Source: a virus
Lineage: Duplodnaviria > Caudoviricetes
Strand: one strand, 5' to 3'
Length of the DNA stretch: 64,000 nt
Virus record (IMG/VR): IMGVR_UViG_3300020576_004326
Location: 22,919-86,918 of that record
The translations under genes were made by a program, and so were the position numbers. The notes below the pieces were generated by a model. That model searched no databases. It saw nothing but the letters and a program-made list of their open reading frames with translations, and had not been told where the DNA came from. Below, one piece after another: positions 18,461-28,246 of this stretch (positions are counted from its first letter, which is position 1; every line of letters begins with the position of its first letter).

Positions 18461-19552
18461 GTGAAAGCGATAGACTGGAGAGACTCTGCGTCGCACAAGC
18501 TGGTTCGCTTCGTGTGCGAGCGCTACGGCGCAGTGGCCGCCGAGCTTGCGTTCGGGCTCACGCGCGGTACCGTTCGCGGCTTCGTGCACAGAGAGCGCGT
18601 AGTGATCGTTCCTTCTAGCCACGCCGACCAGTTCTCGGCTCACGCACTGGTAGAGTTCTGCATCAAGGAGGGCATCACGCACGGCGGACTGCCCGCCACC
18701 GAAGGCGGGCACTTCGGGAACCCCGTCCTCGAAGAAGTCGCCGCCGTAGACTGCTCTAAGGTGCAGACGCGGTACCTCGCTCGTCTCACCGAGAAGACGC
18801 TGTACGCTACGTCTCCGCGTCCTAGAGCCGCTCCGAATCCTCCCGCTCCGAAGAAGGTCGCGGTGAAGCCGAAGGCGCTTCCAGTTCCCGCACCATCTAC
18901 TGAACCCGTTGCGGAGAAAGAACCCGAGCCGAAGCCTGCGGTGGTTGAAGCGTCTGAGCCCGTCGAGGTCAAGGCGCCCGAGCCCGTAGCGAAAGCACCG
19001 GAGAATGCCGAGGCCTCCGCGCCCTCGGTTCCTAAGCACTCTTCTGCGCCTCATCCTCTTGCCCCCGCTCGCAGCGTAAGCGCGGCCTCGGCTCGGGTAG
19101 ACGCACACCGCCCCGTTCGAGATCGCGTCCCTTCCGCAGCGGAGGTGCGCGCCCTAGAGTTCGACTCGACCGAAGACGTAGAGTACTTGGTCGAGGTTCC
19201 CGGAGAAGACGCGGCGCGACTCGCTCGTCTCCGCAAGAAGTTCCCGAACGCCGTCAACTTCTTCAAGGCCAAGGCGATAATGCAGGCGGGGGTGCGCACG
19301 AACGTGTGCCGTACCCCGCTGTGGGACCTCGACCCCGAGTGCCTGTCTACCGAGTCGCCGTATCGCGTCAAGTACAGCAACTATCTCCGAGATCGCTCGC
19401 GCTACGTCTGCGGCAACCCGACAGAATCTACCGACTCGTTCACGTGCCGAGCCTGCGCCCGCGCACTGGGTGATCCCGTTCGCGGCAAGAGCTACGTGCG
19501 GTTTACAGGCAAGGGCGACGGGTCTGCGTCGCGCTTCGTTAAGAGGAGCTGA
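18461..19552 (+). CDS. hypothetical protein with Pro/Glu/Lys linker and C-terminal Cys cluster
   Basis: PEPK-rich middle region; YVCG...CRAC near the end. Confidence 0.6.
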   Translation: MKAIDWRDSASHKLVRFVCERYGAVAAELAFGLTRGTVRGFVHRERVVIVPSSHADQFSAHALVEFCIKEGITHGGLPATEGGHFGNPVLEEVAAVDCSKVQTRYLARLTEKTLYATSPRPRAAPNPPAPKKVAVKPKALPVPAPSTEPVAEKEPEPKPAVVEASEPVEVKAPEPVAKAPENAEASAPSVPKHSSAPHPLAPARSVSAASARVDAHRPVRDRVPSAAEVRALEFDSTEDVEYLVEVPGEDAARLARLRKKFPNAVNFFKAKAIMQAGVRTNVCRTPLWDLDPECLSTESPYRVKYSNYLRDRSRYVCGNPTESTDSFTCRACARALGDPVRGKSYVRFTGKGDGSASRFVKRS

Positions 19553-19555
19553 CTC

Positions 19556-20119
19556 GTGCTGCTATCCGACGTAGACTTGTGCCGACTAGGCGAGTCGTTC
19601 ATATCTCCCTTCACCCCGGAGCAGGTAAAGGTCTGCGACGCCGAGAGGCTCGTGTCCTACGGCGCCTCCAGCTACGGATACGACGCGCGGCTGGCTCGCG
19701 AGTTCAAGGTGTTCACCGACCTCAAGTGCGCGGTCATGGACCCGAAGAACCCGCCCGACGACGCGTTCGTCTCGATGGAGGCTACGGCAGGTAAGCCGTT
19801 CGTGATCCCGCCGCGCGGTTACGTGCTCGGGCGCACCGTGGAGCACTTCTCGATGCCGCCCGACGTGCTCGGGCTCTGCGTCGGCAAGTCTACCTACGCG
19901 CGCTCGGGGCTCATCGTCAACGTGACGCCGCTAGAGCCTGCGTGGCGCGACTTCGTCACGCTAGAGTTTACGAACGCGCTGCCGATCCCCATGCTCGTCT
20001 ACCCTGACGAGGGCATCTGTCAGTTCCTCTTCTTCCGCGGACCGCCCTGCCGCACGAACTACGCCGACCGCGGAGGTAAGTATCAGGACCAGGTGGGCGT
20101 CGTTCTTCCCAAGATGTAG
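19556..20119 (+). CDS. dcd: dCTP deaminase
   Basis: SYGYDARL, GKSTYARSG, TPLEP, EGICQFLF, YADRGGKYQDQ. Confidence 0.93.
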   Translation: MLLSDVDLCRLGESFISPFTPEQVKVCDAERLVSYGASSYGYDARLAREFKVFTDLKCAVMDPKNPPDDAFVSMEATAGKPFVIPPRGYVLGRTVEHFSMPPDVLGLCVGKSTYARSGLIVNVTPLEPAWRDFVTLEFTNALPIPMLVYPDEGICQFLFFRGPPCRTNYADRGGKYQDQVGVVLPKM

Positions 20120-20402
20120 GAGCAGCCGTGCTTAGGAACCTGAGAAGGACGCTACGCCTAGCGAAGAAGCTGCGCGACCCGCACTTCTGCAGCAAGGCGG
20201 ATCAGTGGCAGGGATCGTCGTGGGCACGCGAGCAGATATTCGCTGGCCGCGTGCACCACGTCGAGTTCGTGCTCGACGCTTCTGCCTACGACCGCGACGC
20301 GCACGACGATAATTTCTTGCGCGGCGCCCGTGACACTCTAATCTCGATGCTGATGGAGCCCGAGGTGGCTGCATACGTCATCGCCAACACCAGGAGAGAC
20401 TG

Positions 20403-21575
20403 ATGGCGAAATATCGCGGGGTAGCGTTCGCGGGGTTCGGCGGCGTAGGCAAGAGCGAGGCTACGTCTTACGCCTGCGCTCTGCTCGACGCTCAGCGCGT
20501 GCACGTCAAAGACGTGCTGGGGGAGTGCATCGCACCCATGCTGCTGCGGCTGGGCGTGTCGGTACCCGAGCTGCACGACTACGTGTACGGGGCGAAGAAA
20601 GACGCTCCGTTGCCTCTCGCGCCAGAGCTATCTGCGGTCAAGCTACTGCAGGCGCAAGGCAACGGATTCCTCCTAGACTGCGGAGACCCCATGCTCGCGC
20701 AGCGCCTCGTTCTCGATAAGTTCCCCGAGACGATACCCGTCGTAAACGAGAGCCTGCGCTACCCGCGCGAAGCCGCCTACCTCAAGAGTCGCGGCCTGTT
20801 CATCGTTCGCATCACGCGTCCAGGCTACGACGGAAAGCGCACCCTAGACGGCGCCCTGCACGAGAGCGAGCGCGGGGCGCTAGAGATCGACGCCGACGCC
20901 GAGATACTTAACGACGGCGACCTGTCGAAGCTGTTCGCAGGAGTGCGCGAGGTTCTAGACTACGCAGGTTTCTACATCACGCGCGAGCAGCGAACTGTAG
21001 GCCACGTAGTCGTGGTGAACGGCAAGCCGCGCGCCGGCAAAGACGAGTTCTGCGCGCTCGTCGCCAAGTACTGCGAGGCGCGGTGGATGATCCCTGTGGG
21101 CACGTTCTCCACCATCGACCCCGTGCGCGAGCTGCTCGCGCACGTAGACGTAGACGTTACGCAGAAGCGCCCGGAGGATCGGCGCCTCCTGTCGGTGCTC
21201 GGAGAGGAGCTGGAGCGTCACTCCGACTTCAAGACGAAGACGACGCTGCGGCGCACGGGGGATCACGCTACTCGCGGCATCGCCTTCGTGCACGCTCGCG
21301 AGGGGCACACCATCGAGAAGCTGCGCTCGCAGGTCGAGTGTATGCTCCCGCGTTCGACGTTCTCTACGCTGTGGCTGTCTCGCCCCGGCTACGACCACCC
21401 CGAGCCGTCGAACGACTCGGATCGCATCGACGGCTCCGAAGTCTGCTACGACTGGAGCGTCGCTAACTCGGGGTCGCTGCTAGACTTAGAGTTCGCCGCG
21501 GCGCGCTTCGCCGACCTGCTGCTGTCGGGCGCCGCGACGGCTCACGTAAACGCCCTGGGCATGTCTGCCCGATAG
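20403..21575 (+). CDS. tandem two-domain deoxynucleoside monophosphate kinase
   Basis: Two P-loops, GFGGVGKS and GKPRAGKD, each followed by dNMP-kinase-like motifs (SLRYPRE, HESE, ILNDG; SVANSG). Confidence 0.7.
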   Translation: MAKYRGVAFAGFGGVGKSEATSYACALLDAQRVHVKDVLGECIAPMLLRLGVSVPELHDYVYGAKKDAPLPLAPELSAVKLLQAQGNGFLLDCGDPMLAQRLVLDKFPETIPVVNESLRYPREAAYLKSRGLFIVRITRPGYDGKRTLDGALHESERGALEIDADAEILNDGDLSKLFAGVREVLDYAGFYITREQRTVGHVVVVNGKPRAGKDEFCALVAKYCEARWMIPVGTFSTIDPVRELLAHVDVDVTQKRPEDRRLLSVLGEELERHSDFKTKTTLRRTGDHATRGIAFVHAREGHTIEKLRSQVECMLPRSTFSTLWLSRPGYDHPEPSNDSDRIDGSEVCYDWSVANSGSLLDLEFAAARFADLLLSGAATAHVNALGMSAR

Positions 21576-21586
21576 GAGAGAGAACC

Positions 21587-22279
21587 ATGACCAACATCAA
21601 GATCACGGTAGAGAGCTCCGACGACAAACTGCGTGCGACTACTCTCGCCTTCGTCTCGCAGCAGCTTCACTTCGTCGGGGTAAAATTCACCGCTCCCGCT
21701 GGATCGAGCAGCTCTACATCCGTAGCCGACATGAACGTGTTCCGCAACAGCTTCGTAACGCTCGCAGAAGAGAAGACGCTGCCCCAGCGAGGTGTCCGGC
21801 AGCATCCGTCCACCGCGCCGATCTCGGCGCACCCGAAGTTCGTAGACATGATTCGAGCGCGCGAATACGCCGCAGACATTGCGCGCCTCGTGAAGCCGCG
21901 GTTGGCTCATAACGTGGTCCTGTACTACACGGTATTCGTCGACTGCGCCAGTCACCGAGACGAGCTGGTCGCCTATTTCCTGAACAATCCCAAGACCAGT
22001 ATAAAGGATCAAGTGCTAGTCGCCGCTTCGAGCTCCGAGCTACGCGGGTTCACCCGCATCGGCTACTTCGTGTTCGGCAAGCAGCCTCCGCTGCACGCTA
22101 GGGAGGCGCTGCGGCGCTCCACTTCGACCGTACTCGGCATCGTCAACAAGGCCGTGATGCCCTACTCCGAGAGCGACCCCGACGAAGATGACGCCGACTT
22201 CGACCTCGACGACGATGACGACGATGACGACGTGCCGAGGAAAAAGTCTAAGGTTAAGAAGTCGTCGGTAGAAGACTGA
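21587..22279 (+). CDS. hypothetical protein with acidic tail
   Basis: GGAG RBS; poly-Asp C-terminus. Confidence 0.55.
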   Translation: MTNIKITVESSDDKLRATTLAFVSQQLHFVGVKFTAPAGSSSSTSVADMNVFRNSFVTLAEEKTLPQRGVRQHPSTAPISAHPKFVDMIRAREYAADIARLVKPRLAHNVVLYYTVFVDCASHRDELVAYFLNNPKTSIKDQVLVAASSSELRGFTRIGYFVFGKQPPLHAREALRRSTSTVLGIVNKAVMPYSESDPDEDDADFDLDDDDDDDDVPRKKSKVKKSSVED

Positions 22280-22291
22280 GGAGGACGCGTC

Positions 22292-24392
22292 ATGGCAAAC
22301 GGATACGAGCAGCAGTACCTCGATCTCCTCGAGACGATCATGACGAAGGGAGTTCGCAAGCGCGACCGGACGGGAGTCGGAACGACGTCTCTGTTCGGCG
22401 CCCAGCTTCGGTTCGACGTCGGCAGAGAGTTCCCTCTCCTGACGACGAAGAAGCTGTTCACGCACGCCATCATGGTGGAGCTTGAGTGGATGCTTCGCGG
22501 CCACACGAACGTCCAGTACCTGCAAGAGCGCAGATGCACCATCTGGGACGAGTGGGCAGACGAGAAGGGCGATCTGGGTCCCGTCTACGGCAAGCAGTGG
22601 CGTGAGTGGGCGCACGAAGTATGTGAAGAAGACCCACGCGGTGTCGTTAGTTCAATTTGCAGGGATGAACCCATCGACCAGATCGCGCTGGCGCTCGACC
22701 TCCTCAAGAACGACCCCTACTCTCGTCGCAACGTCGTCACGGCGTGGAACCCCGCCGACAACCCAAAGATGGCGCTGACGCCCTGCCACTGCCTGTTTCA
22801 GTTTAACTGCAGGCCTCTTTCGGTACAAGAGAAGATAACCTTACTACGCGCTCGGGGTCGAGTCTTACCCGACGCGGGCGACGCGGTATCGGGGCCGCAG
22901 TCGTCTACGGAATACCCGGCTGACCTAGGAGATGCTCCGCAGTTCTACATCGATCTGCATCTCTACCAGCGTTCGAATAATGAGCGCCTCCACTGAGTAA
23001 TCGGTGAAGCAAACTCTGCTAAACGGGGAACGGTCACCGACCCAATCCCGTGCTAAACTTCGTCCAGACGTGCTTTTAGGATTCGCGTTCAAAGTAAACT
23101 TCTCCTATAGGGGAGAAGCACGATGGCCGTGACTTACATAATAGAACACGTCGGTAGTGGCAAATTCTACGTCGGCAGCACAGGTAAACCGCATCTTAGG
23201 TTTGACCGTCATTGGCGAGCACTTAGAAGTGGTGCACACCACTGCATACGCCTTCAACGTCTGTGGAATAGATGCGCTGGTGAAGGGTTCAAGATAAAAG
23301 TCTTGCGCCGTGATTCGCTAGAACGCTGTCGTGCGTTAGAGGGGCGATACCTTTCATCGTCGAAAATACGCAATAGGTTGCTTAACAGCAGCTTATCAAT
23401 CGCGTACGGAGACACGACGGGTAATCATCCCGAGAAGCAGAAAATCATCGCGAAGCGCAGCGCTGCTGCTCGCGCCGTTAACGCCAAACTTTCACCAGAA
23501 GAGCGTGCAGCAATGCATAGACGTCCTGGTGCACAGAACGGAATGTACGGCAAGAAGCACTCTCGTAAATCTCTTGCGATGATGAGTAGAGCAAACAAAG
23601 GTAACTCGTATGCTGCGGGATCGGTACGGTCTGCAGAAACTCGCGCCAGACTATCTAAGGTCGCGCAAGAGCGAGTCGGGAAACTAAACGGGTTCTTCGG
23701 TAAGCATCATAGTGCAGAAACCAAAGAGCGCATACGTCAGAAGAAAATTGGGCACCGCCCCACCAATCTTCGTCCCGTCAAAGTAGGTAAGCAGCGCTTT
23801 GATAGCGTCGCCGATGCCGCTAGATACCTCAATGTTGTCTCCGCCACGGTACTTTACCGTATAAAGGCGCGTAGCGCCAAGTATGCTTCTTACCGCTATC
23901 TGGACGAATAAATGCCTAACGACTATCGAAACCGTTCCTATCAGGAACAGGGAGTAGAGTAGGGCCAAGCGGCTCGAAATGCAGAGGGTCCCTTCGGGAT
24001 CGTGATATAGTCTGATCTGTGCGGCAACGTACAGCAGTTCTCGAAAGAGAACGGAGACGGCTTAGCGAACCGTCTTGAACATATTGTCAGCCGACGTGTT
24101 CCTGGGCGTCCCCTTCAACATCGCCAGCTACGCCATGCTACTGATGATAATGGCGCGGTGCGCGGGGCCGAAGTACGCCGTGGGCGAGTTCGTGCACTCT
24201 TTCGGAGACGTGCACGTGTACACGAATCACGAAGAGCAGGTGCGAACCCAGCTCTCGCGCGCGCCCCGGCGCGGCCCTCGCGTGTCGCTGGCGCTCTCGG
24301 AGAACGCCAAGCCCTGGGACTTCACGCACGAGAAGGTACTAGTCGCAGACTACGCTCCGTGGCCCACTATTGCTGCACCCGTAGCAATTTAG
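22292..24392 (+). CDS. thyA: thymidylate synthase (exons 22292-22972 and 24087-24392)
   Basis: [26 protein letters not shown]|[24 protein letters not shown]. Confidence 0.95.
22973..24086 (+). ncRNA. group I intron in thyA
   Basis: 5' exon ends in U with P1 pairing GCGU|UC:GAGCGC; intron ends in G; core-like ACGACTA and GATATAGTCTG segments; splicing restores QR-SAD. Confidence 0.88.
23123..23911 (+). CDS. intron-encoded GIY-YIG homing endonuclease with NUMOD3-like repeats
   Basis: TYII...FYVGST...RF..H; GMYGKKHS and [12 protein letters not shown] repeats. Confidence 0.9.
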   Translation: MAVTYIIEHVGSGKFYVGSTGKPHLRFDRHWRALRSGAHHCIRLQRLWNRCAGEGFKIKVLRRDSLERCRALEGRYLSSSKIRNRLLNSSLSIAYGDTTGNHPEKQKIIAKRSAAARAVNAKLSPEERAAMHRRPGAQNGMYGKKHSRKSLAMMSRANKGNSYAAGSVRSAETRARLSKVAQERVGKLNGFFGKHHSAETKERIRQKKIGHRPTNLRPVKVGKQRFDSVADAARYLNVVSATVLYRIKARSAKYASYRYLDE

Positions 24393-24557
24393 CTACCTCT
24401 CGTCGATCTTTAGTATACCAACGACTAGGGAGACGGTATCTCACGCCTTGTGCGTTGAACACCAAGGTAAGCAGTCGGTAACCTGCATGCTTAACAGCTT
24501 TAGCCTTTGCTGACGTTCTAGCATAAATCGCATCGTCCGTCAACCCCAAAAACTCGT
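24393..24557 (-). pseudogene. C-terminal remnant of a PD-(D/E)xK homing endonuclease
   Basis: AKAKAVKHAGYRLLTLVFNAQG matches the tail of ORF 62453-63688; AT-rich. Confidence 0.6.
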
Positions 24558-24593
24558 CCGTGGCCGGCGATCAAGGCGGACGTTGCGGTATGA
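24558..24593 (+). pseudogene. displaced original 3' end of thyA
   Basis: Encodes PWPAIKADVAV*, a second copy of the ThyA C-terminus [11 protein letters not shown]. Confidence 0.75.
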
Positions 24594-24612
24594 CTTACAG
24601 GGGAGAAGAAGC

Positions 24613-24924
24613 ATGAAGTGCCCGAAGTGCGGCGCAGACGTCTCCGAGTCGCTGGAGGAAGACGACCCTTCCTGCGGCATCGTCGGCGGATACTACTGCG
24701 ACGCTTGCGACCTGCCGATACCCTACGAGTACGAGCCGCACGACGACGACGTAGACGTGTTCTTCGTCGACAGGGAGTGGCGGGATAAGATCGCGACCGA
24801 CCCCGACGCCGCCTACGCACGCGACCGCCCGCTCGGGACGCCTATCTCCGAGATTTCTACGCGGCCCGGTGAACCGGGCTACGAGGAGTGGATTCGCATA
24901 TCCAAGTCGTGGGGTTACGACTAG
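24613..24924 (+). CDS. zinc-ribbon hypothetical protein
   Basis: CPKC...CDAC; GGGAG RBS. Confidence 0.55.
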   Translation: MKCPKCGADVSESLEEDDPSCGIVGGYYCDACDLPIPYEYEPHDDDVDVFFVDREWRDKIATDPDAAYARDRPLGTPISEISTRPGEPGYEEWIRISKSWGYD

Positions 24925-24940
24925 AAGAAACGAGAGGCAC

Positions 24941-25345
24941 ATGATCATCAGCCTGATAGCCGCCGTGGGCAAGCACGGACAGATAGGCCTGAAAGGCGAG
25001 TTGCCCTGGCGCGACGAGGCCGACATGGAGTGGTTCTCGAACTGCACCGAGAACGGCCTCGTAGTCGTCGGTAAGCGCACGGCTCCCTCGATGGGCAGAG
25101 TTCACGGCTCTCGCGGCAGGTTCCTCTACGTGCCGACGCGCGACGACACCCGCACCTCGCTTATCGCCCTCGCCGAGAGCGTCTACTGCAAGTCGGTATG
25201 GATCGCTGGCGGGGCGATGCTGTACGACTCGTGGATGCACCGCGTCGACCGCGTGCTCGTGTCGCGCGTGAACTACGACGGACCTGCAGACGCCTGGATG
25301 CCCGACCTGTCGTGGTCCCCGTTCGCCGTGGCACGAGGAACTTGA
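24941..25345 (+). CDS. folA: dihydrofolate reductase
   Basis: IAAVGKHGQIGLKGELPW, DMEWF, VVVGKRT, IAGGAMLY. Confidence 0.88.
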   Translation: MIISLIAAVGKHGQIGLKGELPWRDEADMEWFSNCTENGLVVVGKRTAPSMGRVHGSRGRFLYVPTRDDTRTSLIALAESVYCKSVWIAGGAMLYDSWMHRVDRVLVSRVNYDGPADAWMPDLSWSPFAVARGT

Positions 25346-26055
25346 CCAATTATGTCGCAGTCGCCCGCTGAGGCGTCAGAGTAAAAGAGAGAACGACGAT
25401 GAACGACGTAAAGTTCGCCGACATGTCTGTAGGCGACGCGGTGATCTTCCAGAAGCCCCCGATGCGCGGAGCCCCCGTATCGGGGCGCGTCACCGAGCTA
25501 ACCCGCATGCAGGTTACGTATCGCGACGACTGGGGTACTACTACGACGCTCCGCCGCGCCAGCCTCGTGTGCGACTCGCGAGTGCGCATCGAGGGCGGCA
25601 AGTGGAGCTGGACCTTCGTTTAAGGAGAGAGAGCATGGACGTAGCAGCGAAGAGCAAGCGGGTAGAACTCGGCGACGAGGTGCGCGACACGATCTCTGGT
25701 TTCAGAGGAGTGTGCTCGGGCATGTTCCGGTACATCAACGGCTGCACCCGCTGCATGGTCGAGCCTCGCAAGCTGCACGACGGAAAGGTGATCGACGCGG
25801 TCACGTTCGACGTCTCTCAGCTAGTCGTCGTGAAGAAGGCCGTCGTGCCCGTCTTCTCGGGAGCGGAGCAGGGACCCGGCGGACCGCGCGCCAACCCGCC
25901 GACGCGCGCCACGCCGAGCCGCAGCCGCTGATGGAGACGGCCTGCAGCGAACTGCCTGCAGCGGTGCGCATCGTCATGAGAAGCACCGCCGTTACGTCGG
26001 TGCATTTCTACGATACGCACCCCGAGCCGCACAAAGCGTCGCACCGTCGCTCGAC

Positions 26056-26562
26056 GTGGCGACCGTGGCCGCTAGACTGCACGAAGCGGCAGGCTCGGAG
26101 GCGAGGGCTGCTTCGGTGCCCGTAGCCTTCGTCGGCGAAGCACCCGGCCCGCGCGACACGACGTCAAGGACCCCGCTATGGAGCCTCAGGAAGAGCTCGG
26201 CGGGGTATCGTCTGAGAGCCATGACGGGGCTAGACCGCGCGTCGTGGATACGCCGCGTGCCCAAGTTCAACCTCGTGCCCTACCGCGTTACGCGCTGGCC
26301 GCGAGAGTTCGCGGAGCAGCAGGCTCAGAACCTCTGCTCGTCGCTGCTTCGCGACTACGACTTGATCCTCTGCGGGCGCAAGGTAGCGCGGGCGTTCGGC
26401 GTACCCGCGAAGCAGCCGTGGCTTACGTGGACGAAGTCGCCCTGGGGACCGCACGTAGTCGTGATACCTCACCCCTCCGGCCTGTGCCGCGAGTACAACG
26501 ACCCCGCGTTCGTCAGGCGCGCGTCTCGCTTCTTAAAGCGGGTCCTGAGAGAATACAGGTAA
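26056..26562 (+). CDS. uracil-DNA glycosylase superfamily protein (family 4/5-like motifs)
   Basis: FVGEAPG motif A and PHPSG motif B; start uncertain. Confidence 0.7.
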   Translation: MATVAARLHEAAGSEARAASVPVAFVGEAPGPRDTTSRTPLWSLRKSSAGYRLRAMTGLDRASWIRRVPKFNLVPYRVTRWPREFAEQQAQNLCSSLLRDYDLILCGRKVARAFGVPAKQPWLTWTKSPWGPHVVVIPHPSGLCREYNDPAFVRRASRFLKRVLREYR

Positions 26563-26573
26563 GGGCAGCTCCT

Positions 26574-27404
26574 ATGAGTAAGAAGATAGCAGGAGTTTAC
26601 CTTATCAAGTGGGCCCAAAGCGATAGTTTCTACATAGGGTCTTCAATTAACGTCGTCCGTAGAATAAGCGAACACTTTCACGCGCTGCGCCGAGGAAAGC
26701 ACTATAATATCGCGCTAACTGCCGCCTACAGAAAGTATGGCGACACCATGACGTACTACGTCTTACAGACTATAACCAGCAGAAGGGCTTACCATAAGCC
26801 GTACGTTCTGCACGATCTAGAACAAGATTGGATAGACGACCTCGATCCAAAATACAATAGAACTAATGAAGTTAGAGCCCCATCCAGAGACCCTAGAGTT
26901 GCGCTGCGAATCTCTAGATCGCTTAAGGGTCGCCCGCTATCTACCGAAGCGCGAGAGAACTTGAGCAGAGCCTTAGTAGGGCGTAAATTATCTGCAGATC
27001 ACAAGAGAGCCATATCTAGAGGTCTTATCGGAAGAGAAATGTCTGCAGATACTCGCAGATCTATAGGAAATGCCAATAGAGGAAGAACAGTATTTCCAGA
27101 GCACCGCGATAAGATTAGAGCAGCGCTTACTGGCTACAAGCATACGCCAGAAGCGCGAGCAAATATGAGCTCGGGCCAACGCGGTAAAGTGCTGTCCCCG
27201 GAGCACGTAGAGAAGATACGCAAACGAAATACAGGATCTTACAAACTGTCTTCAGATCAATTGGTCAAGGCACGATCTCTATTCGCAAGATTGAGAGGGT
27301 CTGAGCGCAGCAGACTTTTACGGATAGCAGACGACTTCGGCGTTTCTTTTTCTACCGCAAGAAACGTAGTTCGCATGGTAGGACCATACAGGAGAATAAA
27401 ATGA
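26574..27404 (+). CDS. GIY-YIG homing endonuclease with NUMOD3-like repeats
   Basis: GVYLI...FYIGSSINVVRRISEH; repeated ..H..KIS..L.G units; AT-rich. Confidence 0.88.
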   Translation: MSKKIAGVYLIKWAQSDSFYIGSSINVVRRISEHFHALRRGKHYNIALTAAYRKYGDTMTYYVLQTITSRRAYHKPYVLHDLEQDWIDDLDPKYNRTNEVRAPSRDPRVALRISRSLKGRPLSTEARENLSRALVGRKLSADHKRAISRGLIGREMSADTRRSIGNANRGRTVFPEHRDKIRAALTGYKHTPEARANMSSGQRGKVLSPEHVEKIRKRNTGSYKLSSDQLVKARSLFARLRGSERSRLLRIADDFGVSFSTARNVVRMVGPYRRIK

Positions 27405-28219
27405 AAATTAAAATAAGCCCTAAGACCATGGCGGACTTGAAAGCCGCGAGTTACAACCCTAGGTCGATAACGGATCGACAGCTAGACGCTATGGTCAAGT
27501 CGTACATGAAGTTCGGCGATCTTTCCGGTATTACGATGAACGTCCGTACCGGGAATCTAGTCGGCGGGCACCAGCGCACGACGATCTTCAAGAAGCACGG
27601 CAAGAAGTCGAGCATCGTCAAGAAGCCCTACTCCGACAAGTACGGCACCGTCAGCGTCGGCTACGTAGACGTGGTCGTGAAGAGAGACGGCAACTCGTCG
27701 GTGATCCGCATCCCCTACCGCGAGGTGAAGTGGGACGCAGACACGGAGAAGGCGGCGAACATCGCGGCCAACGCGGCGGGCGGCGACTTCGACCTCGTCA
27801 AGCTCGGCAAGGTGCTCAAGGAGCTGGAGGACCGCAAGTTCTCTATCGAAGACGTCCCGATCGACCCGTGGATGCACCGCAAGTCTATCGCCATGTTCGA
27901 GTCGAACAATCGCCGCGCCGCCGAGGGCGTAGACCAGGACGGCGAGTTCGCCGTAATTAGCCCTGACGCCGTCGAGGCGAGCCTGGAGCACTGCTGCCCC
28001 AAGTGCGGGCACCGCTGGTCGGGCTCTACGAAGGTGTCGAAGGCGTCGGCGGGCAGCGGCCGCACGCGCGCCAAGGGGCCCGCGAAGCGCGTCTCGGTCG
28101 ACAAAGACGCGAAGGTCGTCGGCAAGAAGGGCAAGGTCAGCAAGACGAAGTCGCAGGCCAAGCCCGACCCGAAGCGCAAGCCGAAGGCTGCGACCAAGGG
28201 TAAGAAGGGCAAGAAGTGA
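27401..28219 (+). CDS. ParB/Srx-like N-terminal domain protein with CPKC ribbon and Lys-rich tail
   Basis: YNPRSI, LVGGHQR, CPKCG. Confidence 0.75.
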   Translation: MKIKISPKTMADLKAASYNPRSITDRQLDAMVKSYMKFGDLSGITMNVRTGNLVGGHQRTTIFKKHGKKSSIVKKPYSDKYGTVSVGYVDVVVKRDGNSSVIRIPYREVKWDADTEKAANIAANAAGGDFDLVKLGKVLKELEDRKFSIEDVPIDPWMHRKSIAMFESNNRRAAEGVDQDGEFAVISPDAVEASLEHCCPKCGHRWSGSTKVSKASAGSGRTRAKGPAKRVSVDKDAKVVGKKGKVSKTKSQAKPDPKRKPKAATKGKKGKK

Positions 28220-28246
28220 CCACCACCTAACTCGCGGGGTTTCGAC

